Shown: positions 38,192 through 46,625 of the stretch, piece by piece
Layout of the letters: each line of letters opens with the position of its first letter
Position numbering within the stretch: position 1 is the first letter of the stretch
Origin: an uncultured Candidatus Saccharibacteria bacterium
Lineage (GTDB): Bacteria; Patescibacteriota; WWE3; UBA101185; UBA10185
Assembly: GCA_964387275.1 (NCBI GenBank)
Contig: CAYLVW010000002.1
Span: 1 to 58,236, forward strand
Reading direction: 5' to 3'
DNA: 58,236 bases
Notes under the pieces: generated by a model
Seen by the model: only the letters and a program-made list of their open reading frames with translations
Told to the model about the DNA's origin: nothing
Database searches by the model: none
Translations under genes and position numbers: made by a program

Positions 38192-40051
38192 TTAGTATGT
38201 AAACGCTTTTATGTCTTTTTTTAATTCTTTAGCCACCTCTGCATCAAAGTCAGTTCTATAGGCTGGGTCATTAATTGTTTCTGCCACACCACCCCTGTGA
38301 GTGTTACCAACCACAACAAGCAGTTTGACCTCAGGACTTTGTGTTCTGATGGCAGCAACTTCTTGCTGATACATGCGTTCCCTGCAGATGCTATCTACCT
38401 GAATATACAATTGCCTTAACCTAGCTAGTTGCTCTAGTTGTTGCTTGGACTGTTCTGGGTTTGACATCAGTATCTGCATAAATCTTTGTATCCCTTGTAA
38501 GCTAGCCTTTTTATCTTCTTCTGTAAGTGTTTCATTACCCTGAATGTCAGCTATTAGTTTTTCGATCCCTCCTTCAGCAAAAATCCTTTGAGATGCGTCC
38601 AATAATCCATTTGTGAAGAAGAAATCTTCTCTATCTATCCCCAATCCCTTTGCTGAATTTTCCCATGCCTCCCATTTTGAAGTAGTATCCATTACTACCA
38701 AATGTACGCCATTACTTTCGTTTGGATACATTTCAGCTTGTTGCATGAATCGTGTTTCACTACTTAATACTGTCCAGGCGTTTAGTTTTGGGTCTGAGGC
38801 ATGTTCTACAATAACAAAATCTCCAGACTTCAAACCTGCTAGATATGCTTCAAATTGATGCTGAAACTCAGGAGTATTTATCAATCGTAAATGTTGCTCC
38901 CCAATAACTATATTCCCCTCAGTGCCTTCAGATACTTCAAAGCTTCCTGTGCTTCTTATCTGATCTGCTGTAGAAATATTTCCAATGGATTCATAATATT
39001 TGGCTGTGTCCTCCCAAGTCAAAGACAACCCACCAACGACCTCTTGTGCAGAAGTGGGATTTGGTTCTTTCGTTGCTTCAAACCACGACTTCCTTTTTAA
39101 CTCCATTAACTTACGTTGAGAAATTAGCGCGTGATGTGATTCCATCTTTCCTGAGGCCACTGCCTCATAGTCCTTAAGATAATTCAACATGTACATAATC
39201 CTCCCATGCCCAGTGTTTAACATGGCGGCTTCTGCTTGTTTAAGCTGTGCAGCAGCAGGTCTTGTAACTGCAGCTCGTTCCTCATCTGAAGCTATTATTT
39301 CAATAGGCATCACTCTCCCAGTCTCTAAATCAACTGCCCCATTTTCCATGATAATAGGAGTGTTAACTTCAATATATCTTGATTCCTGCATAAACACACC
39401 AACTGCTTCATCAAACTTTTCATCATCAGGAAATTCTCTAGCATTTAAAGTTTCCAACTGTGTAATAAGGCCTCTTATTTCTTCAAGCGATTGTGCTTTT
39501 TCACCAGAATAGTACACAACATTAGCTGCGCGCTCAGTGAGTTCCGCCTCTGTTTCAGTTAAATTTGCTATTTCTACACCCTGAATATCTACACTTTTAC
39601 CATATGTGGTCTCTCCTTCTGCTGCTACTTCAGGAGATATTGTAGTAACTTCTTCTGTGGAAGTAGTTTCCCCTCCTTTGTCTGGTTTCCGATCCTCATG
39701 TGTACCTACATCTAAAGTTTCTTTATCAACATCATTAAGTTCAGCTTTTAAGGCCTTTAAGTCACTTTCCTCTTCTGCAAAAAGATCTGGGTTTCCTGTA
39801 GCACCTTTGGCAGTTTCTAAGGCCGCCTCAGTAAAATCAACCACTGTTTCAGCTTTAGACGTTTCGGCATCAACTGCCCTTTCTGCTTCCTCAAAATTTT
39901 TAATACCTTCTATTGAGGCTTCAAATTCCACCCCTGAGATTTCAGGAACCTCTTCTGGTAGTGAAGTGCTAGGTTCTGAGTCGGATATTTCTTTTATTTC
40001 TTCTACTTCTGGTATAGCATCTAAAGCCCCACCTGTTCCCTCTAAGCTCAT
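38192..40051 (-). CDS. Orphan 619-aa protein with acidic disordered N-terminal third and a possible ChaN/Tiki-like C-terminal region
   Basis: Long ORF, G+C-richer than the flanks by eye. E/T/A-rich first ~180 aa. C-terminal motifs FVIVEHASDP and LLVVVGNTHRGG. Confidence 0.6.
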   Translation of the reverse strand: MSLEGTGGALDAIPEVEEIKEISDSEPSTSLPEEVPEISGVEFEASIEGIKNFEEAERAVDAETSKAETVVDFTEAALETAKGATGNPDLFAEEESDLKALKAELNDVDKETLDVGTHEDRKPDKGGETTSTEEVTTISPEVAAEGETTYGKSVDIQGVEIANLTETEAELTERAANVVYYSGEKAQSLEEIRGLITQLETLNAREFPDDEKFDEAVGVFMQESRYIEVNTPIIMENGAVDLETGRVMPIEIIASDEERAAVTRPAAAQLKQAEAAMLNTGHGRIMYMLNYLKDYEAVASGKMESHHALISQRKLMELKRKSWFEATKEPNPTSAQEVVGGLSLTWEDTAKYYESIGNISTADQIRSTGSFEVSEGTEGNIVIGEQHLRLINTPEFQHQFEAYLAGLKSGDFVIVEHASDPKLNAWTVLSSETRFMQQAEMYPNESNGVHLVVMDTTSKWEAWENSAKGLGIDREDFFFTNGLLDASQRIFAEGGIEKLIADIQGNETLTEEDKKASLQGIQRFMQILMSNPEQSKQQLEQLARLRQLYIQVDSICRERMYQQEVAAIRTQSPEVKLLVVVGNTHRGGVAETINDPAYRTDFDAEVAKELKKDIKAFTY

Positions 40052-40218
40052 TTTGTTAAATCTTCCAATTTTTGTCTCAGCTTTTCTAACTTATATTCTC
40101 CCGCTTTTTTATCTATCCTAATTAATATTTTCAAGGATTTTTGTCTAATACACTGCACTTTAGAAAATTTAGCTATCAGTTTCTTAACTTTCTCTACATT
40201 AATCCTCTGTATTGACAT
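40048..40218 (-). CDS. Small (56 aa) basic helical ORF, translationally coupled to 38192..40051; not in ORF track
   Basis: Hand translation gives MSIQRINVEKVKKLIAKFSKVQCIRQKSLKILIRIDKKAGEYKLEKLRQKLEDLTK. Its TGA overlaps the downstream ATG (ATGA). Confidence 0.45.
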   Translation of the reverse strand: MSIQRINVEKVKKLIAKFSKVQCIRQKSLKILIRIDKKAGEYKLEKLRQKLEDLTK

Positions 40219-40288
40219 TATTCTAAGTTTAACTTAATTATACTCATACTACACTATATTGAGTGGTATAAAAATTTCCAAATGTTCA

Positions 40289-40298
40289 CCCCCCCCCC
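40289..40298. repeat. Intergenic C10 homopolymer (G10 on the minus strand, upstream of the 40218 operon)
   Basis: Ten consecutive C residues, 71 nt upstream of the small-ORF start. Confidence 0.9.
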
Positions 40299-40364
40299 AC
40301 CGTCGGGTTGCATACTCAATCATTTCTTGTTTCTGAGTTATTTCTATAGATTTCCTGTTTTAAT

Positions 40365-40393
40365 TTGACATAGCTTATATCCTATAGTACAAT
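40365..40393 (+). promoter_or_regulatory. Near-consensus sigma-70 promoter for the tRNA-Arg/tRNA-Met pair
   Basis: TTGACA (40365-40370), 17-nt spacer, TACAAT (40388-40393). The tRNA starts 13 nt downstream. Confidence 0.7.
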
Positions 40394-40406
40394 TCTTTCA
40401 CAAAAT

Positions 40407-40479
40407 GCATCTATAGCTCAACGGATAGAGCAGCAGCCTTCTAAGCTGTTGGTTGGGGGTTCAAATCCCTCTAGATGCG
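40407..40479 (+). tRNA. tRNA-Arg(TCT)
   Basis: Acceptor GCATCTA/TAGATGC and anticodon loop CTTCTAA. No encoded CCA. Confidence 0.9.
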
Positions 40480-40482
40480 CTC

Positions 40483-40555
40483 GGGCCTTTAGCTCAGTTG
40501 GTAGAGCAGCCGGCTCATAACCGGAATGTCACAGGTTCAAGCCCTGTAAGGCCCA
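40483..40555 (+). tRNA. tRNA with CAT anticodon (elongator Met, or Ile2 if lysidinylated)
   Basis: Acceptor GGGCCTT/AAGGCCC and anticodon loop CTCATAA. The G1:C72 pair argues against an initiator tRNA. Confidence 0.85.
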
Positions 40556-40556
40556 C

Positions 40557-40622
40557 TCGGACTGTCGCGCAAACGTATCCCCAGATACATTTGTTTCAAA
40601 AGCGCGACAGTCCGATTTTTTT
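40557..40622 (+). terminator. Rho-independent terminator with 14-bp GC-rich stem after the tRNA pair
   Basis: TCGGACTGTCGCGC (40557-40570) / GCGCGACAGTCCGA (40602-40615), followed by T7. The 31-nt loop can itself fold. Confidence 0.8.
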
Positions 40623-40691
40623 AACTGTCAGCAAGACACTGGATGCTTCCTATTTATTGATTTCTCTGCTATAAGGTTCTTATATCCCTTT

Positions 40692-42491
40692 ATGACACTG
40701 TCTGAACAAATTAAACAAAAACTTACTATAACTGACGTAGTGGGAAGCTATATAACAATAACAAAGGCCGGAAGAAATTATAAAGCTGTATGCCCTTTTC
40801 ATGCAGAGGACACACCTTCGATGATGGTATCCCCAGAACTTCAAATATTTAAGTGCTTTGGGTGTGGAAAAGCAGGAGATATTTTTAGGTTTGTTCAAGA
40901 AATTGAAGGCGTAGATTTTTTTGAAGCACAAAGAAAACTAGCAGAAAAAGCAGGGATAGAAATTAAAAATGATTATATTGATAATAAGGAAGCAAAAAAA
41001 AGAAAGCTTCTCTTTGAGATAAATGAAGTTACAGCAAATTTATACAACTACCTCCTCACCAAACACCCAAACGCAAAAGAAGCTCTAGAGTATATAAAAG
41101 TAAAACGAAACCTAACAGATGAAACTATAGAAAAGTTTAAAATTGGCTACTCTCCAGACAAATGGGACTTTGTATCCATGTATCTGTTAAAAAAAGGGTA
41201 TAAGGAAGAGGATATTATACTTAGTGGTGTTGGGTACAAATCTAGGGATGGATCTAAACTAATTGATAAATTTCGAAACAGAATTATGTTTCCCTTTATA
41301 GATGTAGATGGAAAAATTTTAGGTTTTACAGCAAGAGCACTACGCAAGGATCAGGAACCAAAATATTTAAATACAAACGATACTTCTATCTTCCATAAAA
41401 ACCTCTATGTATATGCGCTAGACAAAGCAAAAATATCTATAAAAAAAGAGGGCGCTGTTTTCGTAGAGGGTCAGATGGATGTTATATCGTCCCATCAAGC
41501 AGGCATTACAAACACTGTAGCTTCATCAGGTACTGCATTAACCACAGGGCAATTAAAAATAATAAAACGCTATACCTCGGATTTAGTGTTCTGCTTTGAT
41601 TCGGACTCTGCTGGCGTTGCTGCGGCAGTTAGATCGATCTCGTTGGCAGAAAAAGAAAACTTTAATGTTAAGATTGCGTTAATTCCCTATCCGTATAAAG
41701 ATCTTGATGAATATGTACAAAAGGAAAGTGATGCTAGAGAAACTATTATAAATAAATCCATACCTGCTCATGATTTCTACTTAGTTGCTGCGCTCAAAAA
41801 AAATTCAAAAAACGACCCACATGGAAAAAAGAAAATCATTGAAGAACTTGCCCCAATATACTCACAGATATCCAATAAAGTCATTCAAGAACATTACATA
41901 AAAAAATTGGCCGAAGAGATAAATTCCGATGAACAAAATGTAAGGGATGAGATTATAAAAAGCTCTTCAGGTAAGGAAAAAACTCCAGATTCTTATAACC
42001 CACACACTATAGAAAAAGAACAGCCGACTATAAAAAAAGAGCAGCTAACTTCAGACGAGTTTTTTATTGCAGTGATGCTAAATCTAGACTTTGACAGTAT
42101 TAAACAATTCATGTATAAAGTGAGTCCTGAAGATCTTCCAAATGAAAACACAAAAGTAATCTTTGAAAAATTAATTGAATTTTTGGAAAATAAGGAAGCG
42201 TTCGACATTGAACACTTTATTGATATAATTGATGCCAATTTGAGGTCGTTTGTTTCGGATCTCTATATGTGGGATTTTGGTGAGTACTCTACGGAGGACC
42301 AGCAAATTTTTCGGAATCTAAACCTTGCTATAGGACGAATCAAAAAAGATTCTATAAAGCGTGAGCTAAAGCTCTTAACCGAAAAAATTAAACTGGCCGA
42401 AATGGAAAAAAACACAAAATCATTAGAGATTCTTCAAACACGACTTATTGAGTTAAGCAAGGAATTACTAAATTATGAAAAAACCCAGTAA
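40692..42491 (+). CDS. dnaG: DNA primase DnaG
   Basis: Zinc ribbon [20 protein letters not shown] and a TOPRIM region EGQMDV...DSDSAG. Confidence 0.9.
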   Translation: MTLSEQIKQKLTITDVVGSYITITKAGRNYKAVCPFHAEDTPSMMVSPELQIFKCFGCGKAGDIFRFVQEIEGVDFFEAQRKLAEKAGIEIKNDYIDNKEAKKRKLLFEINEVTANLYNYLLTKHPNAKEALEYIKVKRNLTDETIEKFKIGYSPDKWDFVSMYLLKKGYKEEDIILSGVGYKSRDGSKLIDKFRNRIMFPFIDVDGKILGFTARALRKDQEPKYLNTNDTSIFHKNLYVYALDKAKISIKKEGAVFVEGQMDVISSHQAGITNTVASSGTALTTGQLKIIKRYTSDLVFCFDSDSAGVAAAVRSISLAEKENFNVKIALIPYPYKDLDEYVQKESDARETIINKSIPAHDFYLVAALKKNSKNDPHGKKKIIEELAPIYSQISNKVIQEHYIKKLAEEINSDEQNVRDEIIKSSSGKEKTPDSYNPHTIEKEQPTIKKEQLTSDEFFIAVMLNLDFDSIKQFMYKVSPEDLPNENTKVIFEKLIEFLENKEAFDIEHFIDIIDANLRSFVSDLYMWDFGEYSTEDQQIFRNLNLAIGRIKKDSIKRELKLLTEKIKLAEMEKNTKSLEILQTRLIELSKELLNYEKTQ

Positions 42492-43767
42492 GCAACCAAA
42501 AAAGCTTACAAGTAAAAAAACTAAACAGGTCGTAAAAAAACCAGTAAAAAAAGTTTCTAAAGTTAAAGCTATTACTAAGCCCAAAACAAAAGAAATTAAA
42601 AAACTGCCAGAAACCAAGATCAGTGCAAAAACACTAGTGAGACCTCCAAAAACACCAAAACACCCAAGTAAAGAAGGCGCTGGTGAAGCTAAGGCTGTAA
42701 CACCGCGGGATATAAATATCACCAAGCTTATAACAAAAGGGAAAAAACAAGGATTTCTAACAGTAAATGATTTACTTCAGTTGTTCCCAGAAGCTGAAGA
42801 AAATATTGAACTTTTAGACTTTCTATACGAAAAGTTGCTTGAGGCAAAAGTTGACGTATTTGACATTGACGCAGAAAAAGAAGCTCAAAAATTAGCAGCA
42901 GAAGAAGAGATAGACTTATCTAAAATAAAAGTAGATAAAGCAGTTTCTACAGATCCCGTTAGAATGTATTTACGAGAAATTGGTAAAGTAGATTTACTTA
43001 CGGCTCAACAGGAAGTAGAACTTGCTAAAAAAGCAGACAAGGGGGATGAGGTATCAACACAGATGCTCACAAAAGCTAACCTGAGACTTGTCGTATCCAT
43101 AGCAAAAAAATACATGGGCAGGGGGCTGTCTTTCCTGGACTTGATACAAGAAGGAAACATTGGACTTATGAGGGCTGTAGAAAAATTTGATTGGAAAAGA
43201 GGATTTAAATTTTCTACATACGCAACATGGTGGATAAGACAAGCAATTACAAGAGCAATAGCAGACCAAGCGAGAACAATCAGAATACCTGTACACATGA
43301 TAGAAACTATCAATAAATACAAAAGGGTGGAAAGAGAACTTGAACAAAGATTTGAAAGACCTCCCACACCAGAAGAAGTAGCTAAAGAAATGGGTATCGA
43401 GGTAGAAAAAGCTTTGGAAATTGTAAAAATATCACAAGATACTACATCAATAGAAACTCCGGTAGGCAAAGAAGAGGATACAAGACTAAAAGAATTTATA
43501 CCCGACGAGGTGGGGCTCTCTCCTTTCGAGTCAGCTAGCCAAGAATTATTAAAGGGGCATATCGGCGAAGTTCTGGACACCCTAAACCCTAGAGAACGTA
43601 AGGTTCTTGAACTTAGATTTGGCCTAAAAGACGGCAGGGCTAGAACCTTAGAAGAAGTAGGTAAGGAATTTGGTGTTACCAGGGAAAGAATCAGACAAAT
43701 TGAAGCTAAAGCCCTAAGAAAGCTCAGACACCCCTCCAGAAGCAAAAGGCTCAGAGACTACTTATAG
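42475..43767 (+). CDS. rpoD: RNA polymerase sigma-70 factor RpoD with lysine-rich N-terminal extension
   Basis: Regions 2-4 are recognisable ([50 protein letters not shown]). Confidence 0.9.
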   Translation: MKKPSKQPKKLTSKKTKQVVKKPVKKVSKVKAITKPKTKEIKKLPETKISAKTLVRPPKTPKHPSKEGAGEAKAVTPRDINITKLITKGKKQGFLTVNDLLQLFPEAEENIELLDFLYEKLLEAKVDVFDIDAEKEAQKLAAEEEIDLSKIKVDKAVSTDPVRMYLREIGKVDLLTAQQEVELAKKADKGDEVSTQMLTKANLRLVVSIAKKYMGRGLSFLDLIQEGNIGLMRAVEKFDWKRGFKFSTYATWWIRQAITRAIADQARTIRIPVHMIETINKYKRVERELEQRFERPPTPEEVAKEMGIEVEKALEIVKISQDTTSIETPVGKEEDTRLKEFIPDEVGLSPFESASQELLKGHIGEVLDTLNPRERKVLELRFGLKDGRARTLEEVGKEFGVTRERIRQIEAKALRKLRHPSRSKRLRDYL

Positions 43768-43787
43768 ACCTTTGAAACTAAATTATT

Positions 43788-43816
43788 AACGAGGCTGGTA
43801 AACAGCCTCGTTTTTG
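43788..43816 (+). terminator. Rho-independent terminator after rpoD
   Basis: AACGAGGCTG / CAGCCTCGTT stem, GTAAA loop and a TTTTTG tail. Confidence 0.8.
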
Positions 43817-43854
43817 TATTTAATTTCTCTGGAACTAACGCACTTCCCGTTTTA

Positions 43855-43883
43855 TTGACTCGTGAGCCAAAAACAGGTAGAAT
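43855..43883 (+). promoter_or_regulatory. Sigma-70 promoter for the rpmH operon (TTGACT-17-TAGAAT)
   Basis: The hexamers are separated by exactly 17 nt. The -10 ends 9 nt before the rpmH ATG and there is no SD. Confidence 0.65.
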
Positions 43884-43892
43884 CACCCTCGT

Positions 43893-44045
43893 ATGACAAA
43901 AAGAGTTTGGCAACCAAAAAAAGTTAAAAGGGTCAGAAAACACGGGTTCTTAAAAAGAATGTCCACTAAAAATGGAACAAAAGTTCTCAACAGAAGAAGA
44001 GCTAAAGGTAGAAAAAGATTAGCTATCAAACTAAACGCTAAATAA
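43893..44045 (+). CDS. rpmH: 50S ribosomal protein L34 (below ORF-track length cutoff)
   Basis: Hand translation gives [50 protein letters not shown], which matches the L34 pattern. Lies upstream of rnpA. Confidence 0.9.
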   Translation: MTKRVWQPKKVKRVRKHGFLKRMSTKNGTKVLNRRRAKGRKRLAIKLNAK

Positions 44046-44111
44046 TCCTATTAAATCCTCAGCATATTTAGTGCCTAGATAGATAGGTACTGGTAGAATG
44101 GTTTCTGAAAT

Positions 44112-44459
44112 ATGCTAAAAAAACAAAACAGGCTGACCACTAGATATCAATTCAATATAACCCGTAAATTCGGTTATCATTTAGCCGGTAAATATATACA
44201 CATATACGTACTAGAACCCAGAAACTACAGAGGACCAAGCCAATTTGGTATAGTCGTATCAAATAAGTTAAGTAAAGCTGCAGTAGTAAGAAATAAAGTT
44301 AAAAGACGCATTAGAAACATAATTAAGAACGAATTTGCTAAAATTAATCCAAATCAATGGATAGTGTTACACTCAAAGCAACAAATTCTACAAGCAACTT
44401 ATGAAGAAATTGATACTGACATTGCTAAAATTTTACAAAAAATACCTTTCTCCCGGTAA
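44112..44459 (+). CDS. rnpA: RNase P protein component
   Basis: RNR-type motif [13 protein letters not shown]. 115 aa, with conserved synteny after rpmH. Confidence 0.85.
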   Translation: MLKKQNRLTTRYQFNITRKFGYHLAGKYIHIYVLEPRNYRGPSQFGIVVSNKLSKAAVVRNKVKRRIRNIIKNEFAKINPNQWIVLHSKQQILQATYEEIDTDIAKILQKIPFSR

Positions 44460-44616
44460 TGCTGGTATAAAAGTTTGCCGTTTTGAACCAAGTTGCTCTA
44501 GATACTCATATGCTGCTATAGAAAAATATGGAATTCTTAAAGGAGGGTTGATGTCGATTTGGAGAATTTTAAGATGCAATCCTTTCTCAAAAGGCGGTTA
44601 TGACCCTGTTGAGTAA
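44401..44616 (+). CDS. yidD: Membrane protein insertion efficiency factor YidD
   Basis: YKKYLSP...[15 protein letters not shown]...GGYDPV signature. Confidence 0.85.
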   Translation: MKKLILTLLKFYKKYLSPGNAGIKVCRFEPSCSRYSYAAIEKYGILKGGLMSIWRILRCNPFSKGGYDPVE

Positions 44617-44667
44617 AATTTGACCTATAAATATCCAGGATTTACAATACCGCAGAAAGGAAAAAGG

Positions 44668-45195
44668 ATGGGCATCAGATTCGTCCCAACTGACAGTCTT
44701 TATAACTATAGGCATAAACTTAATAGATCAAAAATCCCAGTAGAACTCCTTGCAGTTACTGCAGGTGTCTCATACGACCCTAAGAGGTTGTGCAGAAAAT
44801 TTTTCCCATCACTAGAACCAGGCAGTAATGGACATGGTGCTTTATATACATGGAAGTATATTGAATTGGCTGCAGCTATTAGAGCTAAAGACCTTGTAAG
44901 AGCGGATCTGCAAGACCCTGAAATGCAGGAACTTACATCTGTATTGTATGAGCTTCCAATGACAATGGACATTGTTGCTGAGGAAGCGATTGAAGCACTA
45001 AGATGGCTAGAACTTGCATGTTTGGATGAGAATAATAGATCTAGGGATTTAACGCAGGCTATTAGAAAGGCAAAGGGTGTTTACAATGACCCAATAGGGC
45101 AAAAGACTATGGATACTATCCAGATTTTTTTGGAAAATTTTTACTCAGTACAGGGAAACGTGGATAGAACTGTGGAGTTGTGTCTTTTTTCTTAG
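44668..45195 (+). CDS. Orphan protein inserted between yidD and yidC
   Basis: Track ORF starts at TTG 44620. ATG 44668 is preceded by GAAAGGAAAAAGG. No TM or recognisable motif. G+C-richer than its neighbours by eye. Confidence 0.5.
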   Translation: MGIRFVPTDSLYNYRHKLNRSKIPVELLAVTAGVSYDPKRLCRKFFPSLEPGSNGHGALYTWKYIELAAAIRAKDLVRADLQDPEMQELTSVLYELPMTMDIVAEEAIEALRWLELACLDENNRSRDLTQAIRKAKGVYNDPIGQKTMDTIQIFLENFYSVQGNVDRTVELCLFS

Positions 45196-45212
45196 TGTTA
45201 CTGAATTGATTC

Positions 45213-45243
45213 GGCGGCTGCCTTATTTTATAAGGCAGCCGCC
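45213..45243 (+). terminator. Perfect 13-bp GC-rich hairpin after the orphan ORF (no clear U-tract)
   Basis: GGCGGCTGCCTTA / TAAGGCAGCCGCC with a TTTTA loop. Confidence 0.5.
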
Positions 45244-45340
45244 TCTCTACATCAAAAACATTGCTTACAAAACCCAATAATAGTAAACTAGCGCGAGCTA
45301 TAATTTCGTTATCGAGTAAAAACTTGATAACATATCATAT

Positions 45341-46129
45341 ATGTTTGCAAACATTTGGAACACAACGTTAATCAACCCAATACTAAATTCCCTAGTATTA
45401 TTCTATAAATACACTGGAAATCTAGGCGTAGCAATAATACTTTTAACACTCCTTATAAGACTCATACTTTACCCTGTAATGTTACCTTCCCTTAAGACTA
45501 TGAAAAAACAAAGAGACCTACAACCAGAACTGGACAAGTTAAAAAAGAAGTATAGCTATGATAAAAGGAAATTAGCAGAAGAACAAATGAAACTTTTCAA
45601 GGAACATGGTATATCTCCAGGCCTTGGGTGTTTTACTCAACTCGGAACAATAGTTGTAATTATAGCCCTGTATCAAGTAATATCAGGGTTTGCATTACAC
45701 TTTAATGTCGATGCAACAAATGCATCTCTATACTTTGATTTTCTAAAACTTTCTACTAATGAGGTCATAAATACTTCATTCGGATATCTAAACCTGAGCA
45801 AACCCGACCCCTATTTCATACTAGCCATACTTTCAGGTCTACTTCAATTTGTACAGTCTAAAATGACCTTTCCCTATGTTAATCTGGCAGAAAAAGTGGC
45901 AGAGAAAACACCTGACAAAACTGACGATCTAGCTTATAATATGCAGCAACAGATGTTGTATACCATGCCAGTTATGAACTTTATAATTGGTATATCCTTG
46001 CCCTCAGGTGTTGTCTTATACATACTGGTTACTACAATATTCTCAATTGTCCAAACTTACTTAGTAACAGGCCTTGGAGGGGTAACTCCTTGGATAAAGA
46101 AACTAGGCCTCGAAAAGATCATTAAATAA
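45341..46129 (+). CDS. yidC: Membrane protein insertase YidC (short form)
   Basis: 262 aa. Conserved LPSLKTMKKQRDLQPELDKLKKKY helical-hairpin region and five TM helices. Confidence 0.85.
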   Translation: MFANIWNTTLINPILNSLVLFYKYTGNLGVAIILLTLLIRLILYPVMLPSLKTMKKQRDLQPELDKLKKKYSYDKRKLAEEQMKLFKEHGISPGLGCFTQLGTIVVIIALYQVISGFALHFNVDATNASLYFDFLKLSTNEVINTSFGYLNLSKPDPYFILAILSGLLQFVQSKMTFPYVNLAEKVAEKTPDKTDDLAYNMQQQMLYTMPVMNFIIGISLPSGVVLYILVTTIFSIVQTYLVTGLGGVTPWIKKLGLEKIIK

Positions 46130-46130
46130 T

Positions 46131-46622
46131 ATGAATAAAATAGAAACAATAAAACCTATAATTGATGAGTTATTAAGATTCTATAGTGTAAGGTACTCAC
46201 TAAGCATAAACGAAATAGATGAAAATTTGCTATCTGCAGATATACAAGGGGATAACCTTAGCTTCTTAATAGGCTTCAGAGGTGAGACTTTAGATGCCCT
46301 ACAAACTATTATTAATCAAATCATATTTAGAAGACTTGGAGAATGGAATCAAGTAATAGTAGATATTAACGGATATAAGAAACAAAAAAATGAAAAAATA
46401 ATCGAAATTACAAAAGGTTACATTGATAGAGTAAGGTTTACACAAAAACCAATTGAAATGCCAAATATGAACCCAGCGGAGCGAAGACAAGTACATACAT
46501 TTATATCAGAGTACCAAGATATCGTTTCAGAAAGTACTGGGGAAGGGCTAAATAGAAGAGTTGTACTTAAACTGAAACACGAACCCAACAACTTAGAAAC
46601 AGAAGTTGTGGAGGAAAATTAG
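46131..46622 (+). CDS. jag: Jag/KhpB-like RNA-binding protein (KH + R3H)
   Basis: C-terminal R3H motif MNPAERRQVHTF. Conserved position after yidC. Confidence 0.8.
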   Translation: MNKIETIKPIIDELLRFYSVRYSLSINEIDENLLSADIQGDNLSFLIGFRGETLDALQTIINQIIFRRLGEWNQVIVDINGYKKQKNEKIIEITKGYIDRVRFTQKPIEMPNMNPAERRQVHTFISEYQDIVSESTGEGLNRRVVLKLKHEPNNLETEVVEEN

Positions 46623-46625
46623 CCC

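Noticed and set aside
37700-40555. Possibility that the tRNA-bracketed segment is an integrative genomic island.
   Set aside because: There is no integrase or excisionase. I could find no direct repeat of a tRNA 3' end at the far side; only a CGGGTT hexamer is shared at about 40302. It is kept as an accessory-looking insert, not called a mobile element.
42475-42730. Lysine-rich, low-complexity N-terminal ~85 aa of RpoD, which could be a separate histone-like gene.
   Set aside because: It is in frame and contiguous with sigma-70 region 1.2 onward, with no internal start or RBS signal. Basic N-terminal extensions on primary sigma factors are known.
43005-43745. 246-aa ORF antisense to rpoD. 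Similar long antisense ORFs occur at 39606..40121, 39189..39512, 54511..54963, 33884..34381, 24758..25180, 23610..23915, 42468..42725 and 32479..32775.
   Set aside because: These are shadow ORFs opposite genes with clear family signatures. Their translations are S/L/F-rich low-complexity sequence with no motifs, as expected from the reverse frame of AT-rich coding DNA.
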